DNA of 56,675 nucleotides. Source: an uncultured Planctomycetales bacterium. Its GTDB lineage: Bacteria > Planctomycetota > Phycisphaerae > UBA1845 > PWPN01. This document shows, piece after piece, positions 20,463-30,911 of this stretch (the stretch's first letter is position 1; each line of letters begins with the position of its first letter). The stretch lies in NCBI GenBank assembly GCA_964615635.1, contig CAZTQK010000002.1, forward strand, positions 1 to 56,675, written 5' to 3'. Below the pieces are notes generated by a model. The model was not told where the DNA came from. It searched no databases and was given only the letters and a program-made list of their open reading frames with translations. A program made the position numbers and the translations under genes.

Positions 20463-22370
20463 ATGGCATTCAGGACGGTCCTTCTGGCAGCAGTGACGGT
20501 TTCCGTGGTCTCGATGGCGTCGGCCGGTGAAGCGGGCATCGCCAGACTGAAGGCGGTTGCCCCGACGCAGGTGAAACTGAACGATTCGTTCTGGGCTCCG
20601 CGGCTGGAGGTCAACCGGACGGTCACGCTGCCGCACAATATCAAGATGTGCGAGGAGACCGGCCGGATCTCCAACTTCGACAAGGCCGCCGGCAAGATGG
20701 AGGGCAAATACGAAGGTGCTTATTTCAACGACTCGGACGTGTACAAGGTGCTGGAAGGCGCTGCCCACATCCTGGCCGCTCACCCGGACAAGGACATGGA
20801 GGCCCGTATCGCCGCGATCATCGCCAGAATCGCCGCCGCCCAGCAACCCGACGGCTATCTCAACGCCTACTACACCGTGATGGAGCCGGACAAGCGTTGG
20901 ACGGACCTGCCGAAGATGCACGAACTGTACTGCGCCGGACACATGACCGAGGCGGCCGTGGCCTGGGCCGACGCGACCGGCAGAACGGACTTCCTCGACG
21001 TCGCTCGCAAATTCATACACCACATTGAGGGGATCTTCGGCTTCGACAAGCGGCATGGTGTCCCCGGCCACGAGGAGATCGAACTGGCCCTCGTCAAGCT
21101 GTACCGCAAGACCGGCGAGGAGCGATACCTCAAGCTAGCCGAGTACTTCCTCGCCGCCCGCGGCACCAAACCCGCGCCGAAATCGGAGTACCTTCAAGAC
21201 CACATCCCGATCAAACAGCAGAAAGAGATCGTCGGCCACGCGGTGCGGGCGATGTACCTCTACTCGGGCGTGACCGACGTCACAGCAATCACCGGCGACA
21301 AGGAATATCTGCAGACTCTCGACACCATCTGGCACGATGTCGTCACGCGCAAGATGTACATTACCGGCGGCGTCGGCGCCCGACACGAGGGTGAGGCCTT
21401 CGGCGGGGCATACGAGTTGCCCAACGACTCGGCGTACGCCGAGACCTGCGCCGGCATCGGCCTGGCGTTCTGGGCCCACCGGATGCTGATCCTGCACGGT
21501 GAGAGCCGCTTTGCCGACGTCCTCGAGCGAGAGCTGTACAACGCGTTTCCGTCTTCAGTTTCGCTCAAAGGCGACACCTACTTCTACGTCAACCCGCTCT
21601 CGAGCAAGGGCGAGCACCACCGCAAACCGTGGTATGGTTGCGCCTGCTGCCCGACGAACATCGTTCGGGTGATGCCGCAGGTGCCGGGCTATGCGTATGT
21701 CCAATCTGACGACGGCATCTGGATCAACCTGTACATGGCCGGCGAGGCGACCATTACGCTCAAGTCCGGCGAGGTCAAGCTTGCGGTTGACACGAAATAC
21801 CCCTGGGACGGCCGGGTCAAGATCAACGTCGCCCCCAAGACGCCTGCCGAGTTCGTGATCCATCTCCGCGTGCCCGAATGGTGCAAGAAAGCCTCGGTCA
21901 GCGTGAACGGCAAACCCCTTGCCGGCCCGACCATGGACAAGGGGTACGCGGTGATCCGGCAGCAGTGGAAGGCCGGCGACGTGATCGAGATGGATATGCC
22001 GATGCCGGTTCAGCGGGTCCAGGCCCATCCGAACGTGGCCGCCAACCGGGGGCGAATCGCGTTGCAGCGAGGCCCGATTGTCTTCTGTCTCGAAGCGGTC
22101 GACAACGACGGCAAAGTGTTTGATCTGACTCTGCCGCGAGACTCTGAACTCAAGACCGAGTCCAAGCCCGACATGCTCGGCGGCATCCTGACGATCAGAG
22201 CCAAGGGCCTCAAATACCCGGCTCGCGACTGGAAGGACAAGCTCTATCAGCCGGCGCCCGCGCAGGCCGAGCCGGCCGAGCTGACGGCCATTCCCTACTG
22301 CGTCTGGGACAACCGCGCACCGGGCGAGATGACCGTGTGGATTCCGGAGGTCACCGGGCTGTCCAATTGA
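20463..22370 (+). CDS. glycoside hydrolase family 127 (beta-L-arabinofuranosidase-like, DUF1680)
   Basis: Signal peptide MAFRTVLLAAVTVSVVSMASA. GH127 motifs are present: YCAGHMTEAAVAW, GHEEIELALVKLY, GHAVRAMYLYSG, YAETCAGIG, CACCPTNIVR. Confidence 0.9.
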   Translation: MAFRTVLLAAVTVSVVSMASAGEAGIARLKAVAPTQVKLNDSFWAPRLEVNRTVTLPHNIKMCEETGRISNFDKAAGKMEGKYEGAYFNDSDVYKVLEGAAHILAAHPDKDMEARIAAIIARIAAAQQPDGYLNAYYTVMEPDKRWTDLPKMHELYCAGHMTEAAVAWADATGRTDFLDVARKFIHHIEGIFGFDKRHGVPGHEEIELALVKLYRKTGEERYLKLAEYFLAARGTKPAPKSEYLQDHIPIKQQKEIVGHAVRAMYLYSGVTDVTAITGDKEYLQTLDTIWHDVVTRKMYITGGVGARHEGEAFGGAYELPNDSAYAETCAGIGLAFWAHRMLILHGESRFADVLERELYNAFPSSVSLKGDTYFYVNPLSSKGEHHRKPWYGCACCPTNIVRVMPQVPGYAYVQSDDGIWINLYMAGEATITLKSGEVKLAVDTKYPWDGRVKINVAPKTPAEFVIHLRVPEWCKKASVSVNGKPLAGPTMDKGYAVIRQQWKAGDVIEMDMPMPVQRVQAHPNVAANRGRIALQRGPIVFCLEAVDNDGKVFDLTLPRDSELKTESKPDMLGGILTIRAKGLKYPARDWKDKLYQPAPAQAEPAELTAIPYCVWDNRAPGEMTVWIPEVTGLSN

Positions 22371-22443
22371 GCGGTCATCGAGCAGGGGCGCGTTTGCGAC
22401 CGGCGATATAACTTGACCATGTCCGTTGTGAGCTGACCAGGTG

Positions 22444-22908
22444 CTACGCGCAAATGTCAGCGGGCTTGGCGTTGAGAAGACGCACGACGTCATCGGTGGC
22501 CATCTCGACGAGCACCCCGCGACGGCCGCCGTTGACGATGATCCTGTCCAGGGCGAGCAGCGATTCCTCAATGACCGCGGGCAACTGACGCCGCATGGCG
22601 AACGGCGAAATGCCGCCGACTTGGTAGCCGGTGATCTTCTCGGCCTCATCGTGCTCGGCCAATTCGGCCTCGACCACGCCGATGGCCTTGGCCATCTTGC
22701 GGGTGTCGAATCGCTGGTCACCGGGCACGATGGCCACCCAGAAGGATTTGCCCACTGCTTTGACGATCAGCGTCTTACAGCACGATTCGAGCGGCCGGCC
22801 GACGGCCTCAGCCGCGTGGTCGGCTCCCACCTCGGTGAAGGTGTATTCGAGCACCTCGAACGTCACGCCCTGGGATCGCAGCCACTTAATCGCATTGGTA
22901 TCGGACAT
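22444..22908 (-). CDS. ybaK: Cys-tRNA(Pro)/Cys-tRNA(Cys) deacylase, YbaK/EbsC family
   Basis: Start at MSDTNAIKWLRSQGVTFEVLEY. Contains KTLIVKA and ITGYQVGGISPF, typical of the YbaK family. 154 aa. Confidence 0.8.
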   Translation of the reverse strand: MSDTNAIKWLRSQGVTFEVLEYTFTEVGADHAAEAVGRPLESCCKTLIVKAVGKSFWVAIVPGDQRFDTRKMAKAIGVVEAELAEHDEAEKITGYQVGGISPFAMRRQLPAVIEESLLALDRIIVNGGRRGVLVEMATDDVVRLLNAKPADICA

Positions 22909-22984
22909 GGTCTGTTGCGCCGTGTGGTCTCTGTAAGGACCGGACGCCTTCTCACTAACCGAAACGCACGCGGTGGGCCCGGCC

Positions 22985-23554
22985 TCAAGAGGCAAACGTG
23001 ATTCGGTCGATCATCAGACCGTTCTTGCGGCAATGCTCGACCAGAAGCGAGACATAGCTCTGCCGAACGGTCGGGCAGTCACCGAGGCCGAGAGCACGCT
23101 GGGTCTGCACAACGGCAGCCTCATCGGGCCCTTCGATCTCGATATAACGACCCAGATAGGGAACCTCGTCCAGTTCGACGGTGCAGTCGCCCAGTCGCCA
23201 GGTCTCCCGCCGTTTCTCGAAGCACAGCACCTCGACGAAGCCCAGGGCCTCGACCAACTCCTTGCAGGCCTCGCCGTCGTCTGTTGCGATCTCAATTTCT
23301 TCGCGGGTCTTGAGCGGTCCCTGGATGCGGGGCCCTTTGTAGGTCAACGTGGCGGGCGGGTCATTGCCGTCTTCAGCCCGACACATGCGGACCCGCAGAC
23401 CCCGTCCGCCCGACAGCAGCGAGCGATCCGGGCTATCGAAGATGTGATTGGTCTCCAACACCCGGCAGAGCCGCATGGCTCTCAGCGACGCGAGCCGTTC
23501 CAGAACGGCCGCGTGCGAGTCTACCTTGATCTTGGCTTCCACCTCAACAGGCAT
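22985..23554 (-). CDS. CYTH-domain protein (class IV adenylate cyclase / triphosphatase-like)
   Basis: N-terminal MPVEVEAKIKV carries the ExExK signature. The LRVR, TLTYKG, REEIE and VELDEV..LGRYIEIE strand pattern follows the CyaB/CYTH fold. Confidence 0.8.
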   Translation of the reverse strand: MPVEVEAKIKVDSHAAVLERLASLRAMRLCRVLETNHIFDSPDRSLLSGGRGLRVRMCRAEDGNDPPATLTYKGPRIQGPLKTREEIEIATDDGEACKELVEALGFVEVLCFEKRRETWRLGDCTVELDEVPYLGRYIEIEGPDEAAVVQTQRALGLGDCPTVRQSYVSLLVEHCRKNGLMIDRITFAS

Positions 23555-23561
23555 GGGTGCC

Positions 23562-26465
23562 TCAACTTGCCACGATATTGACCATCCGGCTGGGGATACA
23601 GATCACCTTGCGGACGGTCTTTCCGGCCAGAAACTTCTGGACCTGTTCGTCGGCCATGGCCGCAGCCTGCATAGCGGATTCAGACTGGGCCTGATCGGCC
23701 GGCAGCTTGATCCGCGAGCGGACCTTGCCGCTGATCTGCACCGGGATCTCGACCTCCGCCTCGACGCACAGGGCCTCATCGTAGGTCGGCCAGTCTTCAA
23801 ACGCGATGGACCGCTGCCAGCTCGAACCGGCCATCTGCTGCCACAGTTCCTCGCACAGATGCGGGGCGATGGGTGCCAGCAGCTTGAGGAACGGCTCGGC
23901 TATTTCGCGAGGCAGCGTGTCGCCCTTCATCGCGTTGTTCAGCTCGATCAACGCGGCAATCGCCGTATTGAACCGAAGGCCCTGCATGTCGCCGGTCACC
24001 TTGCGGATGGTTCGGTGCAGCAGACGTCGCAGCGAATCCTCGGCCGGGGCGTCGGTGACCTTCAATGATCCGTCCTCAGTGATGAATCTCCGCCACACGG
24101 CCAGAAGAAAGCGGCTCATGCCGACGATGTCGCGAACGCTCCAGGGCTTGCTGGCTTCCAGGGGGCCCATGTACATCTCATAGACCCGCAACGTGTCGGT
24201 CCCGTATTCGTGGCAGATGTCGTCCGGGGCTACCGCATTCTTGAGACCCTTTCCCATCTTGCCATACTTCTCGAAGACCTCCTCACCCTGCCAGAAGTAC
24301 TGCTGACCCTTCTCGCCCTGGACCTCCGGGGCAGGCTTCCCGTTGGCGCTGACCACCTCGACGACTGGTACACGTATGCCGTTGGCTTTCTCGTAGTAGT
24401 AGGCCTGGATGTACCCTTGATTGAACAACCGTCCGAACGGCTCGGCGGTGCTGACGCAGCCGAGGTCGAAAAGCACCTTGTGCCAGAACCGCGAATAGAG
24501 CAGATGCAACACGGCATGCTCGGCCCCGCCGACGTACAGATCGACGCCGCCGCACGGCGGCGCTCCCGGATGGTTCTTCGGGGCCATCCAGTAGTTCTCG
24601 ATTTGCGGGCCGACGAACGCCTGGTCGTTGCGGTTGTCGAGGTACCGCAAGTAATACCAGCACGAACCCGCCCACTGCGGCATGGTGTTCAGCTCGCGAT
24701 AGAACTCCCGCGCTTCGGTTCCCGCCGGTCGAGACTGCCCGGGCTTGAGCAGCTTGACCATGCCGGCATCGGTCACGTAGCCGCAGATGTTGACCCAGTC
24801 CTTCGCACGCCCGAGCGGGGGCGCGGGCGGGGCGTTGGGATCATCCGATGCCTGCGGACGATAATCGTCGATGGCCGGCAGTTCCACGGGCAGCTCGCTC
24901 TCGTCCAATGCCAGCACCTCGCCGGTCTTCGGGTCATGCACGATGGGGAAAGGCTCACCCCAGTAACGTTGACGGCTGAACAGCCAGTCTCGCAGCTTGT
25001 AGTTGACCGCCCCCTTGCCCAGGTTCTTCTGTTCGAGCCAAGTGGTGATTCGCTTCTTGAATTCGGCGGTGGTCAACCCGTCGAACTCGCCTGAGTTGAC
25101 CGCAACACCGTCCCCGACAAAGCCCCGCCAATCCTCGTTGCCCGGCGGCCGAACGACCTGGATGATGGGAAGGTTGAACTTCTGGGCAAACTCGAAATCG
25201 CGGGTGTCATGGGCCGGCACGGCCATGATCGCCCCGGTTCCGTAGCCCATCAGAACATAGTCGGCCACCCAGATCGGAATCTTCTCCCCGTTGACCGGGT
25301 TGATCGCATAAGCACCCGTGAAAACGCCTGTCTTCTCCTTGGTGTCGGCGGTGCGGTCGAGATCGGACTTGTGTTTCGCTTCTTCCACATAGGCACGAAC
25401 GGCTCCACGCTGTTGCGGCGTCGTGATCTGGCTCACAAGCTCGTGCTCCGGCGCCAGCACCATGTAGGTTGCCCCGAACAGCGTGTCCGGCCGGGTGGTG
25501 TAGACGCGGATGACCTCTTCGGAGCCGTCAATGGCGAATTCGACCTCTGCCCCCTCGCTGCGGCCGATCCAGTTTTGCTGCATCAGCTTGATCGCCTCGG
25601 GCCAATCGACCGGATCGAGATCGCGTTCGAGACGGTCGGCGTATTTGGTGATCCGCAGCATCCACTGCCGCAACGGCCGTCGGTAAACGGGGTGATTCCC
25701 TCGATCGCTTCAGCCCTCGTTGGTCACTTCTTCATTGGCCAGCACCGTCCCCAGGGCCGGGCACCAGTTCACCGGAATCTCGTCGATGAACGCCAGTCGT
25801 TGCCCGTCGATGACTGCCCGGCGCTCGGCCGGCGAAAGCTCCTCCCACTTGCTGATCCCCACCGGACTGCCCGTGATGGCCGAGATGGTCGGCCACGTTG
25901 CGACTTCACCATCCGGAGTCACCCCGAGGCGGCCCTGCTCCAGCTTGTGGATCAGTCCGCTGATCGGCCGGGCGGCGTCGGCCTCCGGGTCGTACCAACT
26001 GTTGAACAGCTTGAGGAAGATCCATTGGGTCCATTTGTAGAAAGCGACATCGGTGGTGGCCAGCTCGCGGTCCCAGTCGTAGCCGAGGCCAAGCCGCTGC
26101 ATCTGGGCCCGCATGTTGTCGATGTTCTTCTGGGTGGTTTCCCGCGGCGGTACGCCGTGCTCGACGGCGAACTGCTCGGCCGGAAGGCCGAACGCGTCGT
26201 AGCCCATCGGATGCAGGACATTGTACCCGCGCATGCGCAAGAAGCGAGCGTAGATGTCCGTGGCGATGTAACCGAGCGGGTGGCCGACGTGCAGACCCAC
26301 GCCGCTGGGGTACGGGAACATGTCCAGCACGTAGAACTTCGGCTTGGCCGCGTCGAAGTCCGCGTCTCCCGGCTGGGGTGTGCGGAAGGTCTTCTGCTCG
26401 ATCCAGTACTTCTGCCACTTCGCCTCAATGGCGGCGAAATCATAGCGCCCGCGTTCCGAACTCAT
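23562..26465 (-). CDS. leuS: leucine--tRNA ligase, interrupted by a single in-frame TGA at 25710-25712
   Basis: The N-terminal ORF (25710-26465) carries [12 protein letters not shown] (HIGH) and ends ...[19 protein letters not shown]. The same frame continues after the TGA as [27 protein letters not shown]..., and the [10 protein letters not shown] (KMSKS-type) motif lies further on. Confidence 0.9.
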
Positions 26466-26598
26466 TACTGCCTCTCTTCAGACCATGCTTGCCCGGGCCC
26501 GCGGTTTCGAGATCGCGGCGACCAGGGCGGGAAAGCTCAGATGATACTCCTCCTGTCCGTTCCCATCAAAGAAGCAGGTGCAATGGTCCCCTACCTTT

Positions 26599-26819
26599 GG
26601 GTACGTGACAGTCTGGGCAGGAAACCGCTACGGTTTTTTCAGAACCGCGACCGTGAGGGAGCGGCAGCTCCTTTCAGAACCGCGACCGTGAGGGAGCGGC
26701 GCCCTTGTGGTGTGGTCGCTCTGCGGCCTAGCCTGTCCTTTACCGACCTGCAAAGTTTGGTCAAGGGCCCCTCGCTTACGCTCGGGGTTCTGAAAGAGCC
26801 GCCTGAACTGTCACGGACC
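26599..26819. repeat. MITE-like repeat, family 1, copy C (with internal tandem duplication of the core)
   Basis: Left end GGTACGTGACAGTC and right end GAACTGTCACGGACC. The core TTTCAGAACCGCGACCGTGAGGGAGCGGC occurs twice in tandem. Confidence 0.85.
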
Positions 26820-26938
26820 CCGAGTGGCAAACGAGCCCGCCGAGAGATGGTCTGATTCGAGAGACTCTGGTACACTGCCTCATCGCCGGCCATGGTTCTG
26901 GCCGGGTCGCACAGTTTATTCGCAACGGAGGAACAGTC

Positions 26939-28273
26939 ATGTCATCGGGTAGCCAGAGTGATTCCAATCCGTCCGACTCGCCGTTCATGCTCCGCCGGAC
27001 GTTCCTGAAGAAGTCAGCCAGTGCCGCCGGTGCGGTTGGCGGCGCTCTAAGCATGGCCGGCATGGCTGTGACAGGGGGTTGCGCGGCGACCGGGAGCACC
27101 GGTCTGGCCGCGAGTGCGTCTGCGGCCAAGAGCCGCCGCATCGGCCCCAACGATCGGATCTCCATCGGCATCATCGGTTGCGGCGGACGCGGCAGTCAAC
27201 TGATGCAGGACATCCGCGCCGTGGCTAAAGATCGCAATGCCGAGATTACCGCCGTCTGCGACGTTTGGAAGATCAACCTCAACAACGCCGCCGCCAAGGC
27301 CAAGGAATGGTCCGGCAAGCAGCCGCGGACGTCCACGCGGTTCGGCGACATACTGGCCCTGAACGACGTCGACGCGGTGGTAATCGCGACGCCCGACTTC
27401 GGCCACACGCCGATCATGATCGAGGCCCTGAAGTCCGGCAAGGACGTCTACGTGGAAAAGCCGATGTCGATGGAAATCGGCAAAGCCAACGAGGCCCTCG
27501 ATCTCGCCCGGAAATACGAACGCGTCGTCCAGGTGGGCACGCAGCGTCGCAGCGAGGGCCGCTTCAAGGCGGCGGCCAGGGAGTTCGCCAGCGGCGTTCT
27601 CGGCAAGCTCAACCGCATTTCCGCGGCGATGAACGTCAACCATGCACGATGGGCGCGTGCCTACGCCGACTGCAAGCAGAGTGATGTTGACTGGGACGCC
27701 TTCCTGTTCAACCGGCCGAAGCGACCGTTCGACGCAAGCCTGCTGCGTCAATGGCACTTCTACAAGCTGTGCACCAACGGTCTGTCCGGTCTCTGGATGG
27801 CTCACTATTCCGACTCGGTTCACATGGTCACGGGCTCGAAATACCCGACGAGCGCTGTCGCCCACGGTGGGGTCTACGTCTGGAAAGACGGACGCGAACA
27901 CACCGATACGTTCCATGCCTTGCTTGAGTACCCGGAGGGCTTCCTCATGAGTTGGGGCATGGGTCTGGGTAACAGCTTTGGCGTGCACTTCCATCTGTGC
28001 GGCACGGACGGCACCATGGATCTGGAAAAATGGACCGTCTCCGACGAAGGCAAGGTCAGCGCCGCCAAGGCCAAGAGTCGCGAGATCAAGGGTGAGCAGA
28101 ATGAGTCGCACATGGGCAACTGGCTTGACTGTATTCGCTCGCGAAAGCGACCCAACGCCGACATCGAATACGGCCACCAGCACGCCGTGGCCACGATCAT
28201 GGCCGCCGCGGCCCTCGAGACGGGACACAAGCACCTCTACGATCCGCAGAAACGGGAGATGCGGGCGGTGTGA
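26939..28273 (+). CDS. Gfo/Idh/MocA-family oxidoreductase with Tat signal
   Basis: Twin-arginine signal MLRRTFLKKSASAAGAVGG. Rossmann N-terminus ISIGIIGCGGRGSQLM and EKPMS motif. Confidence 0.85.
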   Translation: MSSGSQSDSNPSDSPFMLRRTFLKKSASAAGAVGGALSMAGMAVTGGCAATGSTGLAASASAAKSRRIGPNDRISIGIIGCGGRGSQLMQDIRAVAKDRNAEITAVCDVWKINLNNAAAKAKEWSGKQPRTSTRFGDILALNDVDAVVIATPDFGHTPIMIEALKSGKDVYVEKPMSMEIGKANEALDLARKYERVVQVGTQRRSEGRFKAAAREFASGVLGKLNRISAAMNVNHARWARAYADCKQSDVDWDAFLFNRPKRPFDASLLRQWHFYKLCTNGLSGLWMAHYSDSVHMVTGSKYPTSAVAHGGVYVWKDGREHTDTFHALLEYPEGFLMSWGMGLGNSFGVHFHLCGTDGTMDLEKWTVSDEGKVSAAKAKSREIKGEQNESHMGNWLDCIRSRKRPNADIEYGHQHAVATIMAAAALETGHKHLYDPQKREMRAV

Positions 28274-28294
28274 AACACGAGAGGAGGAGATAAG

Positions 28295-28900
28295 ATGCAT
28301 TCGAGGCGCTTTTACCGGCTTGTTCGCTCTGCGGGAGCGTGGGCAGCGGTTGCGATTGGCCTGTTCATCTGCTCGGCCGGCGCGGAAGCAAGATCATTCA
28401 TCTACGAAAACATCACGGACGGCTCGGGCGGTCCCGGCGGGCTCGGTGACAGCTTCGCTCTGAATGACCGGGGCGACATCGCCATTTTCCTGCCCGATGC
28501 GGTCACCTACTACGAAGCCTCGTCCGGGAGCTTTCTCTGCCTGGCGACGCTGCCGGGCTTCCCCGCAGGGTCGGCATCGAGCTACGGCAACGACCTCTCA
28601 AACCGCGGGGGCATCTCGTTTTGGCGAACCGACCTCTACTACTTCGACCCGATCGATCGGTCGTTCACTCGCCTCAACAATAAGCCCTCGGTCCCGGTCG
28701 GGGGAATGACAACGAGTATCAATGCCGACGGTCTCATTGCGATGGCCGCCGGACTCACCTCGATTGAAGACATCTATCTGGCGGTGCCGCTGTCTCGGGC
28801 CGACTTCGACAACGATAGTGATGTCGATCAATCGGACTTCGGCATCTTTCAGCGCTGCTACGGCGACGAATCACCGGCTGATCCGACGTGCGATCAATAG
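28295..28900 (+). CDS. secreted hypothetical protein with dockerin/EF-hand-like C-terminal tag
   Basis: Signal-like N-terminus (AWAAVAIGLFICSAGAEA). C-terminus ADFDNDSDVDQSDFGIFQRCYGDESPADPTCDQ. Confidence 0.6.
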   Translation: MHSRRFYRLVRSAGAWAAVAIGLFICSAGAEARSFIYENITDGSGGPGGLGDSFALNDRGDIAIFLPDAVTYYEASSGSFLCLATLPGFPAGSASSYGNDLSNRGGISFWRTDLYYFDPIDRSFTRLNNKPSVPVGGMTTSINADGLIAMAAGLTSIEDIYLAVPLSRADFDNDSDVDQSDFGIFQRCYGDESPADPTCDQ

Positions 28901-28929
28901 CGTGCCTTTCGTTGTCGAAACAGAGTTGC

Positions 28930-29673
28930 TCAGGAAGACAGACCGGTCGCTTCGGCGGGTTGTGGGGCAGGCGCGGTTGCCGAGGCCGTCTGCCGCAGGA
29001 AGACCTCCAGTCTGGAAGTGACGCGGTAGCGAAACTCGCTCTTCAACTGCTCCGGCGTGCGGGCACCTGCCGCGATCGCGGCCGCGAAGCGCGTCAGCCC
29101 CTTGGCCAGATCGCGGACGCCCCCCACCAGCTCGCGATCTACCCCGCCCGGCATGTAGACCCATCGTCCTTCGTGCCGTGCGAATTTCACATCTCGCAGC
29201 GGCAGCCGTCCGGCCACCTGGATTTCGACGGTTGCCTGGTCACCCTGGATCATCTCGCGTTTGAACTCGGCATCTTGTGCGAACAGCTCAAGGAAATAGC
29301 CGATTCGAGACATGTCAAACTGGTGAGGATCGACATCCGGACAATACTGATCCAACGCCACCTGCACGGTTGTGTTGGCGGTCGTCATCTCGTCCAAGGC
29401 AATCAGAAGGTCAACCAGCTCGTCGCTACTGTCCGGATGGACCCACGGCACCATGCTCCCGTGAGAATGCAAATCTCGCCATTTCCGCAGTTGCTCGTAA
29501 ACCTCCTTGGGCGAGGCTGTAGCGGCCAGGCCCAGCGCCGGCGGATCGGCTTTCCTGCGATCCCATATGCCCAGACAGGCGCAGCCTAACAACACCAACA
29601 CCAACGCCGCCGCCCATCCTCGCCATCTGCGGGACTGTAATTGTCGATGCTCCTCGACCATCTGCGATTCCAC
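28930..29673 (-). CDS. membrane-anchored hypothetical protein downstream of the ECF sigma factor
   Basis: 247 aa with a single N-terminal TM helix (WAAALVLVLLGCACLGIW). No recognisable domain. Confidence 0.5.
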   Translation of the reverse strand: MESQMVEEHRQLQSRRWRGWAAALVLVLLGCACLGIWDRRKADPPALGLAATASPKEVYEQLRKWRDLHSHGSMVPWVHPDSSDELVDLLIALDEMTTANTTVQVALDQYCPDVDPHQFDMSRIGYFLELFAQDAEFKREMIQGDQATVEIQVAGRLPLRDVKFARHEGRWVYMPGGVDRELVGGVRDLAKGLTRFAAAIAAGARTPEQLKSEFRYRVTSRLEVFLRQTASATAPAPQPAEATGLSS

Positions 29674-30038
29674 CTCGGCCTGTCATCCCCCGACGCACAA
29701 GATACACCCGCGTCACCTGAAACTCATCATCATGTACCCGGCGGCAAGAGCCGGTTACCGGCGGGTGAGTTGTCTCGGGAACCTCGAAGACACCCCGGTC
29801 ATAGATCATATACACCTGATCCGGTCCGCGGCTGCCCAACAATAGCCGCCAACTGGATAGGCCGCACTCGCCATCAGGCTCGCGGGCCGAGTATGGTGCT
29901 CCGTTTGGCAACCCGATCCACCCGATGCCGCTCTGCGGCCGCTTTTCTCGGTCCTGAAAGAGCCGGGGCGTCCGAAAAGCCGCTGGCGATCAGGAGCCGG
30001 GAAATGCCGGTGTCGACGTTTCCCGACGCAGCCAATCT

Positions 30039-30593
30039 TTATCGCTGAAAGTACCTCCGCGTGCGAGAATCGTTCTGCAATCGCTCTAAAGCCCGGTGCA
30101 GCTTGGACTTGACGGTCCCGATCGGTATGCGCAGAGCCCCCGCGATCTCAGCCAGGCGCATGTCGTCGACGATTCGCATCAGAACGACCTCACGCTGGTC
30201 CTCCGGCAACCCAGCCATCACCTCGGCCAGGCCGCTCCGAATCCCCTCGTTTTCACCCGAAGGCGGAGCCGGAACATCGGCATCCAGCTCACAACCGAGT
30301 GAACGGCGACCCTTTCGGCGAGCGGCCAGACTGATGTGCTTCACGACAGGGTAGAGAAACGTCGTCATCCTGGCAGAGAGACGAAGACTCGGCGTCTTGC
30401 GAAGCAGGTAGGCGAAGGTGTCTTGCAGGACGTCCAGGGCATCATCAGCCCGCCCGGTGAACCGGGTGGCCAGCCCGACCACCCAATCACGATACCGGTA
30501 GTACAGGGCCTCGAAAGCCGCAGTGTCGCCCTGGTTGATCGCCCGGATCAACTCCTCGTCACTTCGGGGGTCGGCCGGCGGCAGGGAACCCAC
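30039..30593 (-). CDS. RNA polymerase sigma-70 family ECF sigma factor
   Basis: Region 2 (DTAAFEALYYRYRDWVVGLA) and region 4 HTH (EDQREVVLMRIVDDMRLAEIAGALRIPIGTVKSKLHRAL). A GTG start preceded by AGGAG is preferred. The maximal ORF extends to 30704 (TTG). Confidence 0.85.
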   Translation of the reverse strand: MGSLPPADPRSDEELIRAINQGDTAAFEALYYRYRDWVVGLATRFTGRADDALDVLQDTFAYLLRKTPSLRLSARMTTFLYPVVKHISLAARRKGRRSLGCELDADVPAPPSGENEGIRSGLAEVMAGLPEDQREVVLMRIVDDMRLAEIAGALRIPIGTVKSKLHRALERLQNDSRTRRYFQR

Positions 30594-30911
30594 GGAGATA
30601 CTCCTGATGCCCCCCCACCCGCCGGCTGGTGCGACAGCCGGCGTGACGAACCCTTGTGTCGAGTTTCGGTGTATCCGATCCCTGAGACCCCGTCCATCCC
30701 TCAAAGGTGGAATCAGGGAACTTTTTCGGCACGCTCGCGTCTAAACGGTTGGCCGACGGGTAGAATACAGTGTAGGGACTCATAACCACACGGGGCCGGG
30801 TATGCCCCCACCCGCGGGTTACTAAGGACATACCGGAGCGCCCGCCTGATTGACATCCCACACGGGCCATCCATCGGCTGACTGTCTTGCCCATTAACGG
30901 AGGAACGCGTC

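Noticed and set aside
25650-25712. Selenocysteine (SECIS) explanation for the in-frame TGA in leuS
   Set aside because: Downstream of the TGA I see only a 3-4 bp GGG-AAUCA-CCC hairpin, nothing like a bacterial SECIS stem-loop. No sel genes are in the window, and LeuS is not a known selenoprotein. It is kept only as a low-probability alternative.
29674-30038. Possible small anti-sigma-like gene between the ECF sigma factor and the 28930-29673 gene (5' part of the 29426-29911 minus-strand ORF)
   Set aside because: The frame degenerates into low-complexity sequence where it overlaps the better-supported 247-aa ORF, and it has no zf-HC2 or anti-sigma motif. A frameshifted gene cannot be excluded, but the sequence alone does not support one.
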